From Octopus sinensis (lineage: Eukaryota): DNA of 16,302 nt. Numbering within the stretch: the first letter of the stretch is position 1; every line of letters begins with the position of its first letter. The position numbers and the translations under genes are program-made. The notes under the pieces are model-generated. The model was not told the DNA's origin. It ran no database searches and saw only the letters and a program-made list of their open reading frames with translations. The stretch covers positions 1 through 16,302 of the forward strand of contig NW_021825246.1 in the NCBI RefSeq assembly GCF_006345805.1, in the 5' to 3' direction. Shown in pieces: positions 1 through 9,782 of the stretch.

Positions 1-305
1 TTTAATTGACCCCGAAAGGATGAAGGCAAAGTCGACCTCGGCGGAATTTGAACTCAGAACGTACCGGCAGACAAAATACCTATTTCTTTACTACCCACAA
101 GGGGCTAAACACAGAGGGGACAAACAAGGACAGACAAACGGATTAAATCGATTACGCCGACTCGAGTGCGTAACTGGTACTTATTTAATCGACCCCGAAA
201 GGATGAAAGGGCAAAGTCGACGCCGGCGGAATTTGAACTCAAGAACCTAACGACAGGCAAAATACACCTAAACATTTCGTCCAGCGCGCTAACGATTCTG
301 CCAGC
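1..305 (-). mobile_element. Family A SINE multimer (copy A1), at least 2 units, runs off window start
   Basis: The reverse complement reads GCTGGCAGAATCGTTAGC (A-box-like) ... GAGTTCAAATTCC (B-box-like) ... CCTTTCATCCTTTCGGGGTCGAT ... CCCCTTGTGGGTAGTAAAGAAATA|GGTATTT. The unit junction is at 80/81. It aligns by eye to the five other copies in the window. Confidence 0.92.
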
Positions 306-331
306 AACAACAACAACAACAACAACAAAAC
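305..331. repeat. (CAA)n microsatellite
   Basis: Visible directly; abuts the head of SINE A1. Confidence 0.9.
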
Positions 332-449
332 AACCGCAACCATTCAACTAAAGTTGTTTTCTATTTTCGTACTTCCGCTCTGGTCAAACAAAACTGTGAC
401 ATCTGACATTTAAAAAAAAATATTTGCATCATCCTTTATACTTTTACCC

Positions 450-1042
450 CTACACACACACTCACACACACACACACACACACCATAACATAAATATACA
501 CACACATTTGCAGACATACACATTCACACACACTTAGAAACCCGTTTATCTACACTCATTGAGATACGCACACGTACATAATATATATATACACACATTA
601 AGACTTTTACAAGCACAACCTCATAAAAATGACATAGGCTCCTTGAAGGAGATGCGCTAGTTAAAAACACACGTGCATTAAATCACACGCACACACACAC
701 TCGTACACACGCATAGACATACATACACGCACACACACACATACACTTACACACGCACACACATTCAGAAGCCAGTGTACGCTAACACGATGACTCATTC
801 ATTAAAACACACAGACTTCTTAAGGGAAGCACGTATACTTGCAGGTATGTAGGCATTACCAAACACACAAGCGCGCGCGTACACACACACACACACCCAC
901 ACACACACACACACGCACACACACACACGCGCGTACGGTCACCTATACATACATATTAGAAAACACACCCACATAAAATTTCATTCATATGTATAGCAAG
1001 ACTTATTTTAAAGACATACGTACGTTAAATTTCTCTCTCTCT

Positions 1043-1093
<51 letters not shown>

Positions 1094-1800
1094 TACATAT
1101 AAATGTACATAAATACAAATATACATACGTATACGCAAAACAAACACGCAAAAACACAAACATATATATGCATATATACTTATGTATATATACGCTTATA
1201 TATACGTATATATACATACACGCATACGTGCGTACATACGTACAAATATATAGAACGTTATCACACATACATGCATTGTCTCGAACTCTCTCTTTCCCTC
1301 TCTCGCTCTCTCTCTCTCTTTTCCTCTTTCTCACCCCCTTCCTTACTCTCACACACACACGTGCGCCCGCGCGCGAACAACACACAATTAAACATTCACT
1401 TCAGGAAACACTCAATTAAGACACTCCCACGTATAGGATACGGGCACATTAAAACACAAACACACATTCTTACTCTCTATTTATCCTTTTTCTCTCTCCC
1501 TCTCTGTCTTACGCTCTCAATCTCACCACACACACACACTCTCTCTCTCTCTCTCTTTCCATGCACTTTCTCTCTCACTCTCTTCTCTTATAATCTTTCT
1601 CTCTCCATCTCTCCATCTCTCTCTCACACACACATAAACACACACACACACGTCAGGAAATACTATCAAGATACATATGAGATGAGTACACAGAACACAT
1701 ACGAACACATACATTTTGCTTCCTTCTCACTCTCTTTTTCTTCCCCTCCCTCTCTCTCTCTCTCTCTATCTCTATCTATCTATCTATTCATCTATATCAC
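450..1800. repeat. Low-complexity region of interspersed (CA)n, (TA)n and (CT)n tracts
   Basis: Examples: (CA)n ~452-482 and ~880-930; compound (TC)(CA)(TA) ~1032-1090; (CT)-rich ~1286-1350, 1540-1625 and 1750-1790. Confidence 0.9.
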
Positions 1801-1966
1801 TCAATACCAAAATCTTAAGACTTTAATTAACCTAATTATATTTAATTGTACTGCTAGTTCTGTTAAAATTTTCAACTTCAATATTTTTCTAACTTATTGT
1901 CAATTTGAAGCAATCAAATTTCCAATTCTTACAAACCGTACACAAGAATGAGAATAGCACTGACAG

Positions 1967-1972
1967 ATTATT

Positions 1973-2053
<81 letters not shown>
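1967..2053. repeat. (AAT)n microsatellite
   Basis: Pure AAT run preceded by a few ATT units; ends immediately before SINE A2. Confidence 0.97.
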
Positions 2054-2055
<2 letters not shown>

Positions 2056-2450
2056 AGCGGTGAGCTGGCAGAATCGTTAGCACGCCGGGAGAAATACTTA
2101 GCGGTATTCGTCTGCCGCTACGTTCTGAGTTCAAATTCCGCCGTGGTCCACTTTGCCTTTCATCTTTTCGGGGTCGATAAATTAAGTACCAGTTACGCAC
2201 TGGGGTCGATATAATCGACTTAATCCGTTTGTCTGTCCTTGTTTGTCTCCTCTGTGTTTAGCCCCTTTTGGGTAGTAAAGAAATAGGTATTTCGTCTGCC
2301 GCTACGTTCTGAGTTCAAATTCCACCGGGTCAACTTTGCTTTTCATCGTTTCTGGGTCAATTAAATAAGTACCAGTTACGTACTTGGGTCAATGTAATTG
2401 ACTTAATCCGTTCCTTCAAATCTGAGGCCTTGTGCTTCCATTAGAAAGGA
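2056..2450 (+). mobile_element. Family A SINE dimer (copy A2) ending in the alternative 'type 2' tail
   Basis: Head GCGGTGAGCTGGCAGAATCGTTAG and B-box GAGTTCAAATTCC. Unit 1 ends TAAAGAAATA at 2285. Unit 2 restarts GGTATTTCG at 2286 and ends ...TTCCTTCAAATCTGAGGCCTTGTGCTTCCATTAGAAAGG. Confidence 0.92.
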
Positions 2451-2460
2451 TCATTATCAT

Positions 2461-2795
2461 TATTATTGAGTGAGAGAGCAGTGCATGCCATCATAGTCAC
2501 TGCGTGACAAAGCCTAATCAGTCATGTCTGCTTTTATACTCCTTTTGTGCTAGCATACTGCACTCACTCAAAATGTGATTGATACTCCCGTTTCGTTTTC
2601 TGCTGATTGTGCGTTTGCTGTTAGACTGCGTTTTGTCAATCTTTGCCTACATATCAGATTTGTCCTAATGGTATATTCCTCAGCGATTATAATTAGCGAT
2701 TCGGTCTTTTGTTTCATGAATCCGTCTGTCAGCCACAGCCAACGTTTGCATACTTCCACCATACTCAAAATTTGCTTGAATTAGCCATGCTATTC
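2461..2795 (-). mobile_element. Decayed, internally deleted non-LTR retrotransposon fragment, R4/Dong-like (RLE-type) C-terminus plus probable 3' end
   Basis: Minus-strand translation across one stop and a frameshift near 2650-2660: HG*FKQILSMVEVCKRWLWLTDGFMKQKTESLIIIAEEYTIRTN / AKIDKTQSNSKRTISRKRNGSINHILSECSMLAQKEYKSRHD. This matches my recollection of the HGQF...W-W...ETESLI-AAQ-QA-RTN...CCHC knuckle...Y--RHD region of R4-clade proteins; the first two Cys are lost. RHD is at 2521-2529. The fragment ends in (TAA)n. Confidence 0.8.
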
Positions 2796-2818
2796 CCTTT
2801 CAAGCTATCGTCATCGGA

Positions 2819-2925
2819 ATAATAATAATAACAATAATAATAATAATAGAATAAAAATAATAATCATGATGATGATGATGATAACAATGATGACGACGAC
2901 GACGACGATGATGATGATGGTGTTG
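2819..2925. repeat. Compound (AAT)n/(GAT)n/(GAC)n microsatellite
   Basis: Visible directly. Confidence 0.9.
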
Positions 2926-3019
2926 ATGACGGTCGCTTCCTTCGATTTCGGCGTATGTGTGAAGGAAAAGATTTAAAGAAAAGGAAAAAAGTGAGAATAC
3001 GAGAAAACAGCTTTTAAAA

Positions 3020-3143
<124 letters not shown>

Positions 3144-3721
3144 CACTATTTCTAGTTTGTATTATTTGCTCAGTAAAACATCACATTTCATTAACAATGA
3201 CGATGAAATTAACAGATGAAAAAAAGTAAAAATAAAAGAGAAAAAAACACAATTATTATCAAATTTATTCAGTGTATACTTGGGGAAAAAAAAACAGAAA
3301 AACAAACAAACAAAACAAACCTACAAAAGAAAACATACTTAAAGATATAGAGCCATACACACAAACGTATATACACACAAGCACAGAGACACACAGACAC
3401 AGAAAGAAAGACAAATACAGTAAGATGATTTTTGTATTTGCGGTGAAAGGGTAGAAATATTCTAAACAACGAAATGTGACGCCATTTTCTTTTTTTAAGC
3501 GATAACGTATTAAAGGATTTCTGATTTTTTCTTTCTTCCATATTGTTTGCCAACCTTTGCTGTTTATAACCTTTGTATTTCTTTGCGATATGGAATTTTC
3601 TATAATATACTCTTTTATTCCTATTTCGTTCTGCTATTGTTCCCATTAATACATTTGTTGCAAAAAAAAAAAAAATTTCCCTCCCGAAAAATGGTAGAAT
3701 CGAATATTTGTGTTTGAATGT

Positions 3722-3863
3722 CGGCGGCGGCGGCAGTGGCAGTTGCGGTGACGGTGGGGGTGGTGGCGTCCTTGTCTTCGCGTCGTCGTACTCCCCTCCT
3801 CCTCCTCCTCCTCCTCCTCACCATCATCATCGTCATCATCCTCATCATCCTCATCATCATCAT
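3722..3863. repeat. Compound trinucleotide repeats (GGC)n, (CCT)n, (CAT)n
   Basis: Visible directly; ends at the head of SINE A3. Confidence 0.85.
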
Positions 3864-3864
3864 T

Positions 3865-4450
3865 GGCGTCGAGCTGGCAGAATCGTTAGCACGCCGGGCG
3901 AAATGCTGAGCGGTATTCCGTCTGTCTTTATGTTCTGAGTTCAAATTCCGCCGAGGTCGACTTTGCTTTTCATACTTTCGGGGTCGATGAATTAAGTACC
4001 AGTTACGCACTGGGGGCGATGTAATCGACTTAAGCCGTTTGTCTGTCCTTGTTTGTCCTCTCTGTGTTTAGCCCCTTGTGGGTAGTAAAGAAATAGGTAT
4101 TTCGTCTGTCTTTACGTCCTGAGTTCAAATTCCGCCGAGGTCGACTTTGCCTTTCATCCTTTCGGGGTCGATAAATTAAGTAACAGTTACGCACTGGGTC
4201 GTTGTAATTGACTTAATAACCCTTGTCTGTCCTTGTTTGTCCCCTCTATGTTTAGCCCCTTGTGGGTAGTAAAGAAATAAGAATCGTTCGCACGCCGGGC
4301 GTCTGTCTTTACGTTCTGAGTTCAAATTCTACAGAGGTTGATTTTTGTCTTACATCCTTTCAGGGTTGATTAAATACCAGTTGCGCACTGTGGTCCATAT
4401 GATCGACAAGCCCGTACCTCCCACAGATTTCTGGGCTTGTGCCTATAGAA
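3865..4450 (+). mobile_element. Family A SINE trimer (copy A3): two type-1 units plus a diverged type-2-tailed unit
   Basis: Head GGCGTCGAGCTGGCAGAATCG. Units 3865-4095 and 4096-4279. From 4280 it restarts at AGAATCGTTCGCACGCCGGGC (with a deletion) and ends CCTCCCACAGATTTCTGGGCTTGTGCCTATAGAA. Confidence 0.92.
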
Positions 4451-4454
4451 TTAT

Positions 4455-4645
4455 TTTATTTGTTTCAGTCATTTAACTTCGGCCATGCTGGAGCACCACC
4501 TTTAGTTGAACAAATCGACCCCGAGGACTTATTCTTTGTAAGCCTAGTACTTATTCTATCGGTCTCTTTTGCTGAACCGCTAAGTTACGGGGACGTAAAC
4601 ACACCAACATCGATTGTCAAGCGATGGCGGTGGTGGAGGTCAAAT

Positions 4646-4704
<59 letters not shown>

Positions 4705-4768
4705 ATACCATGGGCTTCTTTCAGTTTTCGTCTGCCAAATCCACTTACAAGGCTTTGGTCGGCCCGAG
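4455..4768 (-). mobile_element. Family B SINE, 5'-truncated (copy B1)
   Basis: Reverse complement of B2 from CTCGGGCCGACCAAAGCC through the internal (TA)/(TG) tract to ATGACTGAAACAAA. The tRNA-like head is missing. Confidence 0.9.
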
Positions 4769-4795
4769 AGAAAGCATTATTATTATTATTAGCGT

Positions 4796-4815
4796 AATCA
4801 TCTTCGCTATCTTTG

Positions 4816-4870
<55 letters not shown>

Positions 4871-4876
4871 TCTCAT

Positions 4877-4911
<35 letters not shown>

Positions 4912-5192
4912 CCATCATCATCACCATCACCATCATCACCATCATCATCCTCATCATCATCCTCATCATCATCATCATCATCATCATCACCATCATCATC
5001 ATCACCACCATCATCATTATCATCATCATCATCACCACCATCATCATTATCATCACCATCATCATCATCCTCATAATCATCATCATCATCATCATCATCA
5101 CCATCACCATCATCACCATCATCATCACCATCACCATCATCACCATCATCATCCTCATCATCATCATCCTCACCATCATCACCATCATCATC

Positions 5193-5226
<34 letters not shown>

Positions 5227-5232
5227 TCATCA
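4796..5232. repeat. Long (ATC)n array with ACC/CTC variants
   Basis: Visible directly; source of the poly-I, poly-D and poly-M ORFs. Confidence 0.97.
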
Positions 5233-5360
5233 CAATGTGAAACCCACCTTTCTATGCTTGCATGAGTACGATGCAAGTTTCTGAGTCAGGGTTTCGAAAG
5301 CCGGGTACTCTCCCTGTCGCTAATTCTCATCTGTCTCTAAGTAAGATATGTTTTCTCATA
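5233..5360 (-). mobile_element. Possible old retroposon 3' end (RTE-tail-like), highly degenerate
   Basis: CCACCTTTCTATGCTTGCATGAGT...AGCCGGGTACTCTCCCTGTCGCTAA resembles, from memory, the GGCCGGATGCCCTTCCTGTCGCCAA motif of RTE-related 3' ends. There is no second copy in the window to confirm it. Confidence 0.3.
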
Positions 5361-5666
5361 GAACACTGAAAACAGCTTCTACTCCCATACTCATTTACAA
5401 CCATTTTCACGATATCTAAGTAGGGTTACATACACCCACATATATACACATGTATTTGGAGGAAGGATTGGAACTTAGACTACCTGTGAACGTGTTCATA
5501 TTGCTTAAAAATCAATACGAATTCTTAGCATAAGAGCAGTATAAATTAATATTTATCCCGATTTGTATGTAAGCTGCCGAGTTGATTCTCACAAATATTG
5601 GTCTGGTCCATAAATGTAGAAGTCTTCATGAGACTATGTATGATTCGACCGAAACCTCAGTGAGTT

Positions 5667-5739
<73 letters not shown>

Positions 5740-5751
5740 CCATCATCATCA

Positions 5752-5787
<36 letters not shown>

Positions 5788-6219
5788 TCATCATCATCAT
5801 CATCGTCGTCGTCGTCGTCGTCATCATCATCATCGTCATCATCATCATCGTCATCATCATCATCGTCATCATCATCGTCGTCGTCATCATCATCGTCGTC
5901 AGCAGCATCATCGTCATCATCGTCATCGTCATCATCGTCATCGTCGTCGTCGTCGTCGTCATCATCATCGTCATCATCATCGTCATCATCATCGTCATCA
6001 TCATCGTCGTCATCATCATCATCGTCATCATCATCATCGTCGTCATCATCATCGTCATCATCATCGTCCTCATCATCGTCGTCATCATCATCGTCGTCAT
6101 CATCGTCGTCATCATCATCGTCGTCATCATCATCGTCATCATCATCGTCCTCATCATCGTCGTCATCATCATCGTCGTCATCATCGTCGTCATCATCATC
6201 GTCGTCATCATCATCGTCG

Positions 6220-6251
<32 letters not shown>

Positions 6252-6403
6252 GTCATCGTCATCATCATCGTCATCATCATCGTCATCATCATCATCGTCA
6301 TCACATCATCGTCGTCATCTTCATCATCATTATCATCGTCATCATCATCATCGTCATCATCATCGTCGTCATCATCATCGTCATCATCATCGTCATCATC
6401 ATC

Positions 6404-6435
<32 letters not shown>

Positions 6436-6490
6436 CATCATCGTTATCACCATCATCGTCATCATCATCATCGTCGCCGTCGTCGTCACC
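5667..6490. repeat. ~820 bp mixed (CAT)/(CGT) trinucleotide array
   Basis: Visible directly; phase slip at ~6301-6304. Confidence 0.97.
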
Positions 6491-6887
6491 GCAAACATTC
6501 AGCGTTCAATTCAGTGTACAATATCGTTCGTAAATTTTGTTCCAAGAAAACTGGAATTTTTACCGTTTATATATATATATTTTTTTCGAATATTCTTGCG
6601 ATAAAAGATGGCTTCAAAAATCCGCTGCTTGGCGTTTGAAGAGAAAGTCAGTGACAGCCATGTTAGCGGCAATGTTTAAGGTGTCGTCTGCTTTGAGAAT
6701 TATTACTTGTCAAAGAATGGGAAAAAAATGATTAATTTGGAAGAGTCAAAACGTTGGTGTTGACTCTAACACCAGGAATGGTTTGGTGCAAAAAGGAAGG
6801 GTGAGGCTGGGGGGGGGGAAATCGTGTAGAAATGACAACTACGACGACGACGGTTAGGACAAAAGTTGATGGCGGCAAAAACCATCG

Positions 6888-6955
6888 ACAGCAACAACAA
6901 CAACAAAAACAACAAAAGAAATAACACCAGCAACAACAACAACAACAGCAACAAA
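6888..6955. repeat. Imperfect (CAA)n microsatellite
   Basis: Visible directly. Confidence 0.85.
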
Positions 6956-7170
6956 TAGAAATGTTGTTGTGTGTGAGAAGTTGAAAAAAAAAAAAAAGAG
7001 AAATATTAAAACCGAAAAGTGCCTCCCCTACCCCCCACCCCCACCCACACACTGCAAAAAAAAGGAAGAAAAGAAGAAAAAATCAAAACGAAAAGATATC
7101 TTTGAGAACGTCAGGTAACAAAATGCCCAACGAAACAAGTGACATCATCATCATCATCATTATAATCATT

Positions 7171-7352
7171 TATATGTGTGTGTCCATGCGTATATACATA
7201 TATGTGTGTGTGTATACATATATATATATATGTGCCTATGTACGTACGTATATATATATACATACATACATATACATATGCTAATATATATATATATATA
7301 ATATACATATATATATATACATACACATATACATATATACATATATATATAT

Positions 7353-7394
<42 letters not shown>
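7171..7394. repeat. Imperfect (TA)n/(TACA)n tract
   Basis: Visible directly. Confidence 0.92.
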
Positions 7395-7397
<3 letters not shown>

Positions 7398-7496
7398 TAT
7401 TACAGTTTGGGTGACAACTCCTAGTAAAATACTAATCAATGCTGTTAACCGTAACCCGGAACATAACTGAGAGCTACTACAGTATCCGTCGGGATA

Positions 7497-7656
<160 letters not shown>

Positions 7657-8046
7657 TTTTCTAGTCTAGTCACAAGGCCCTAAATTTTTGAGGAGGGGCC
7701 CAGTCGATTAGATTTACCCCAGTACGCAACTGGTATTTAATTTATCGATTCCGAAAGGACGAAAGGCTCAGTCGACCTCGGCGGAATTTGAACTCAGAAC
7801 ATAAGGACAGACGAAACACCGCTAAGCGCCCACAAGGGGCTACACACAGAGGGGATAAACAAGGACAGACAACGATATTAAGCCGATTACATCGACCCCA
7901 GTGCGTAACTGGTACTTAATTTATCGACCCCAAAAGGATGAAAGGCAAAGTCTACCTCGGCGGAATTTGAACTCAGAACGTAACAGCAGACGAAATACCA
8001 CTAAGCATTTCGCCCGACGGGCTAACGTTTCTGCCAGCTCGCCGCC
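7657..8046 (-). mobile_element. Family A SINE dimer (copy A4) ending in type-2 tail
   Basis: Minus-strand head GGCGGCGAGCTGGCAGAAACGTTAG from 8046. Unit 1 is cut at CCCCTTGTGGG and joined (~7828) to CGCTTAGCGGTGTTTCG. It ends GGCCCCTCCTCAAAAATTTAGGGCCTTGTGACTAGACTAGAAAA. GATA-like repeats lie on both sides. Confidence 0.92.
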
Positions 8047-8067
8047 TCGATAGACAGATAGCTATAG

Positions 8068-8468
8068 ACATACACACATACATACATACATACACACACA
8101 CATACATACATACATACATACACACATACATACATACACCATACATACATACATCATACATACATACATACATACATACATACATACATACATACATACA
8201 TCATACATACATACATACATAATACATACATACATACATACATACATACATACATACATACATACATACATACATACATACATACATACATACATACATA
8301 CACACACATACATACATACATACATACACACATACATACATACATACATACATACATACATACATACATACATACATACATACATACATACACACATACA
8401 TACATACATACATACATACACACATACATACATACATACATACATACATACATACATACATACATACA

Positions 8469-8498
<30 letters not shown>
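8068..8498. repeat. (ACAT)n tetranucleotide array, ~430 bp
   Basis: Visible directly; source of the MYVC ORFs. Confidence 0.97.
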
Positions 8499-8500
<2 letters not shown>

Positions 8501-8940
8501 GATAGAACAAGCACCTTATAAGAAAGACAATGCATACTTTCTTTAAAATATTCTAGCAGCGTAGATTCACGAATCAAATGAATGGCCGTTGTTTGTGTAC
8601 GGCCACGTCCAATGAAATTACACGTTGGGATTTTTTCTGTAGTCTAATTATAGTCCTTTTCTGTAATTTTCTGTTACACCTTTATATGTTACTAAAGTAG
8701 GACAGTAGACACAGAACGGAGTAGTGGTGGCCATCGTAGGCAAATAATAAAGGTCTACAAAGTGGAATAAACATTCACGTGGTCAGGAGGAGGAGATTAA
8801 GAAGGAGGCCAAGAAAGTAAGAAAATGGCGACTGTTATTCTCAAATCGTAAAATCTCTCCTTTTCGCTGCGATATACCAATTCCAGTTTCTGAATTTATT
8901 TTTGTTTTTTGTTCATTTCTTGTCTTTGCTATTTATATGC

Positions 8941-9068
8941 TCAGATATGGCTACCTGGTTAAGAGGTTCACTTAGCACCCGCGTGATTCTGGATTTAGTT
9001 TGTATCCCAATGCATGGCACCTGGAGGAAATGTGTTCGTCTGCAGCGGAAACTATGGAACCCCATCAC
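8941..9068 (+). mobile_element. Degenerate family-B-like SINE head with internal deletion
   Basis: ATGGCTACCTGGTTAAGAGG...TCCCAATGCATGGCACCTGGAGGAAATGTGTTC...GCGGAAACT is collinear with B2/B4 (GTGGCTATGTGGTAAGAAG...TCCCACTGCGTGGCACCTTGGGCAAGTGTCTTC...ACGGAAACTG). Confidence 0.55.

Positions 9069-9153
<85 letters not shown>
9069..9153. repeat. (GATA)n microsatellite
   Basis: Visible directly. Confidence 0.96.
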
Positions 9154-9159
9154 GCCATG

Positions 9160-9360
9160 ATAGATCGTTAGCCACTGCACACATTTTTTCTCTCCTTGTT
9201 TCTCTCCTTGTGTTTTCTGTGTCCCTTTCTGTAGAAGAGCGTAGGCTCGAAACGTAAAAGACTTTTTTCTATTCCTGAGCGCTATACTAATACATCTGTT
9301 TGTTTTGTACACCACCTCTCTTCGTCTTTTGCTTTTTTCTTCGTAAACTTTCCCTTTATA
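9160..9360 (+). mobile_element. Putative Penelope-like element terminal-repeat fragment or retrozyme-like repeat
   Basis: Pyrimidine-rich segment carrying a PLE-type hammerhead-like motif, lying between two microsatellites. Boundaries are approximate and the assignment rests on the motif. Confidence 0.45.
9225..9260 (+). ncRNA. Minimal type I hammerhead-ribozyme-like motif (variant core)
   Basis: CTTT [stem I] CTGTAGA [core; canonical CUGANGA] A GAGC-GTAG-GCTC [stem II] GAAAC GTA [palindromic ACGT stem III, GUA triplet] AAAG [stem I']. Confidence 0.6.
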
Positions 9361-9376
9361 TATATATATATATATA

Positions 9377-9782
9377 GGCGCAGGAGTTGCTGTGTGGTAA
9401 GTACCTTGCTTACTAACCACATGGTTCTGGGTTCAGTCCCACTGCGTGGCACCTTGGGCAAGTGTCTTCTACTATAGCCTCGGGGAGACCAAAGCCTTGT
9501 GAGTGGATTTGGTAGACGGAAACTGAAAGAAACCTGTCGTATATATGTATATATATGTGTGTGTTTGTGTGTCTGTGTTTGTCCCCACCAACATCGCTTG
9601 ACAACCGATGCTGGAGTGTTTACGTCCCCGTCACTTAGCGGTTCGGCAAAAGAGACCGATAGAATAAGTACTAGGCTTACAAAGAATAAGTCCTGGGGTC
9701 GATTTGTTCGACTAAAGGCGGTGCTCCAGCATGACCACAGTCAAATGACTGAAACAAGTAAAAGAGTAAAAGAGTAAAGAGT
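9377..9782 (+). mobile_element. Family B SINE, full length (copy B2)
   Basis: tRNA-like head GGCGCAGGAGTTGCTGTGTGGTAAG...GGGTTCAGTCCCACTGCGT, then CCTTGGGCAAGT (CORE/V-domain-like start), an internal (TA)/(TG) tract and a 3' (GTAAAAGA)n tail. (TA)n lies on both sides. Confidence 0.93.

Noticed and set aside
20-351. Recurring peptides such as MRNWYL..RPRK and KSTSAEFEL at several loci
   Set aside because: Antisense translations of the family A SINE; frames are not conserved between copies.
1008-1951. 282-aa and overlapping ORFs
   Set aside because: Dinucleotide low-complexity sequence with no recognisable domain.
4614-5276. Poly-Ile, poly-Asp/Gly and poly-Met ORFs
   Set aside because: Stop-free frames of an (ATC)n microsatellite that run into a SINE.
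5582-6604. 340-aa His/Arg-rich ORF
   Set aside because: It is the translation of the CAT/CGT array, has a non-ATG start, and changes to poly-Ile/Val at a phase slip. No coding evidence.
7973-8577. MYVC-repeat ORFs
   Set aside because: Translations of (ATGT)n.
9377-9455. tRNA gene (A/B boxes, GCGCAG/CTGCGT stem)
   Set aside because: It is the head of a dispersed SINE. The anticodon region does not form a clean, consistent arm across copies.
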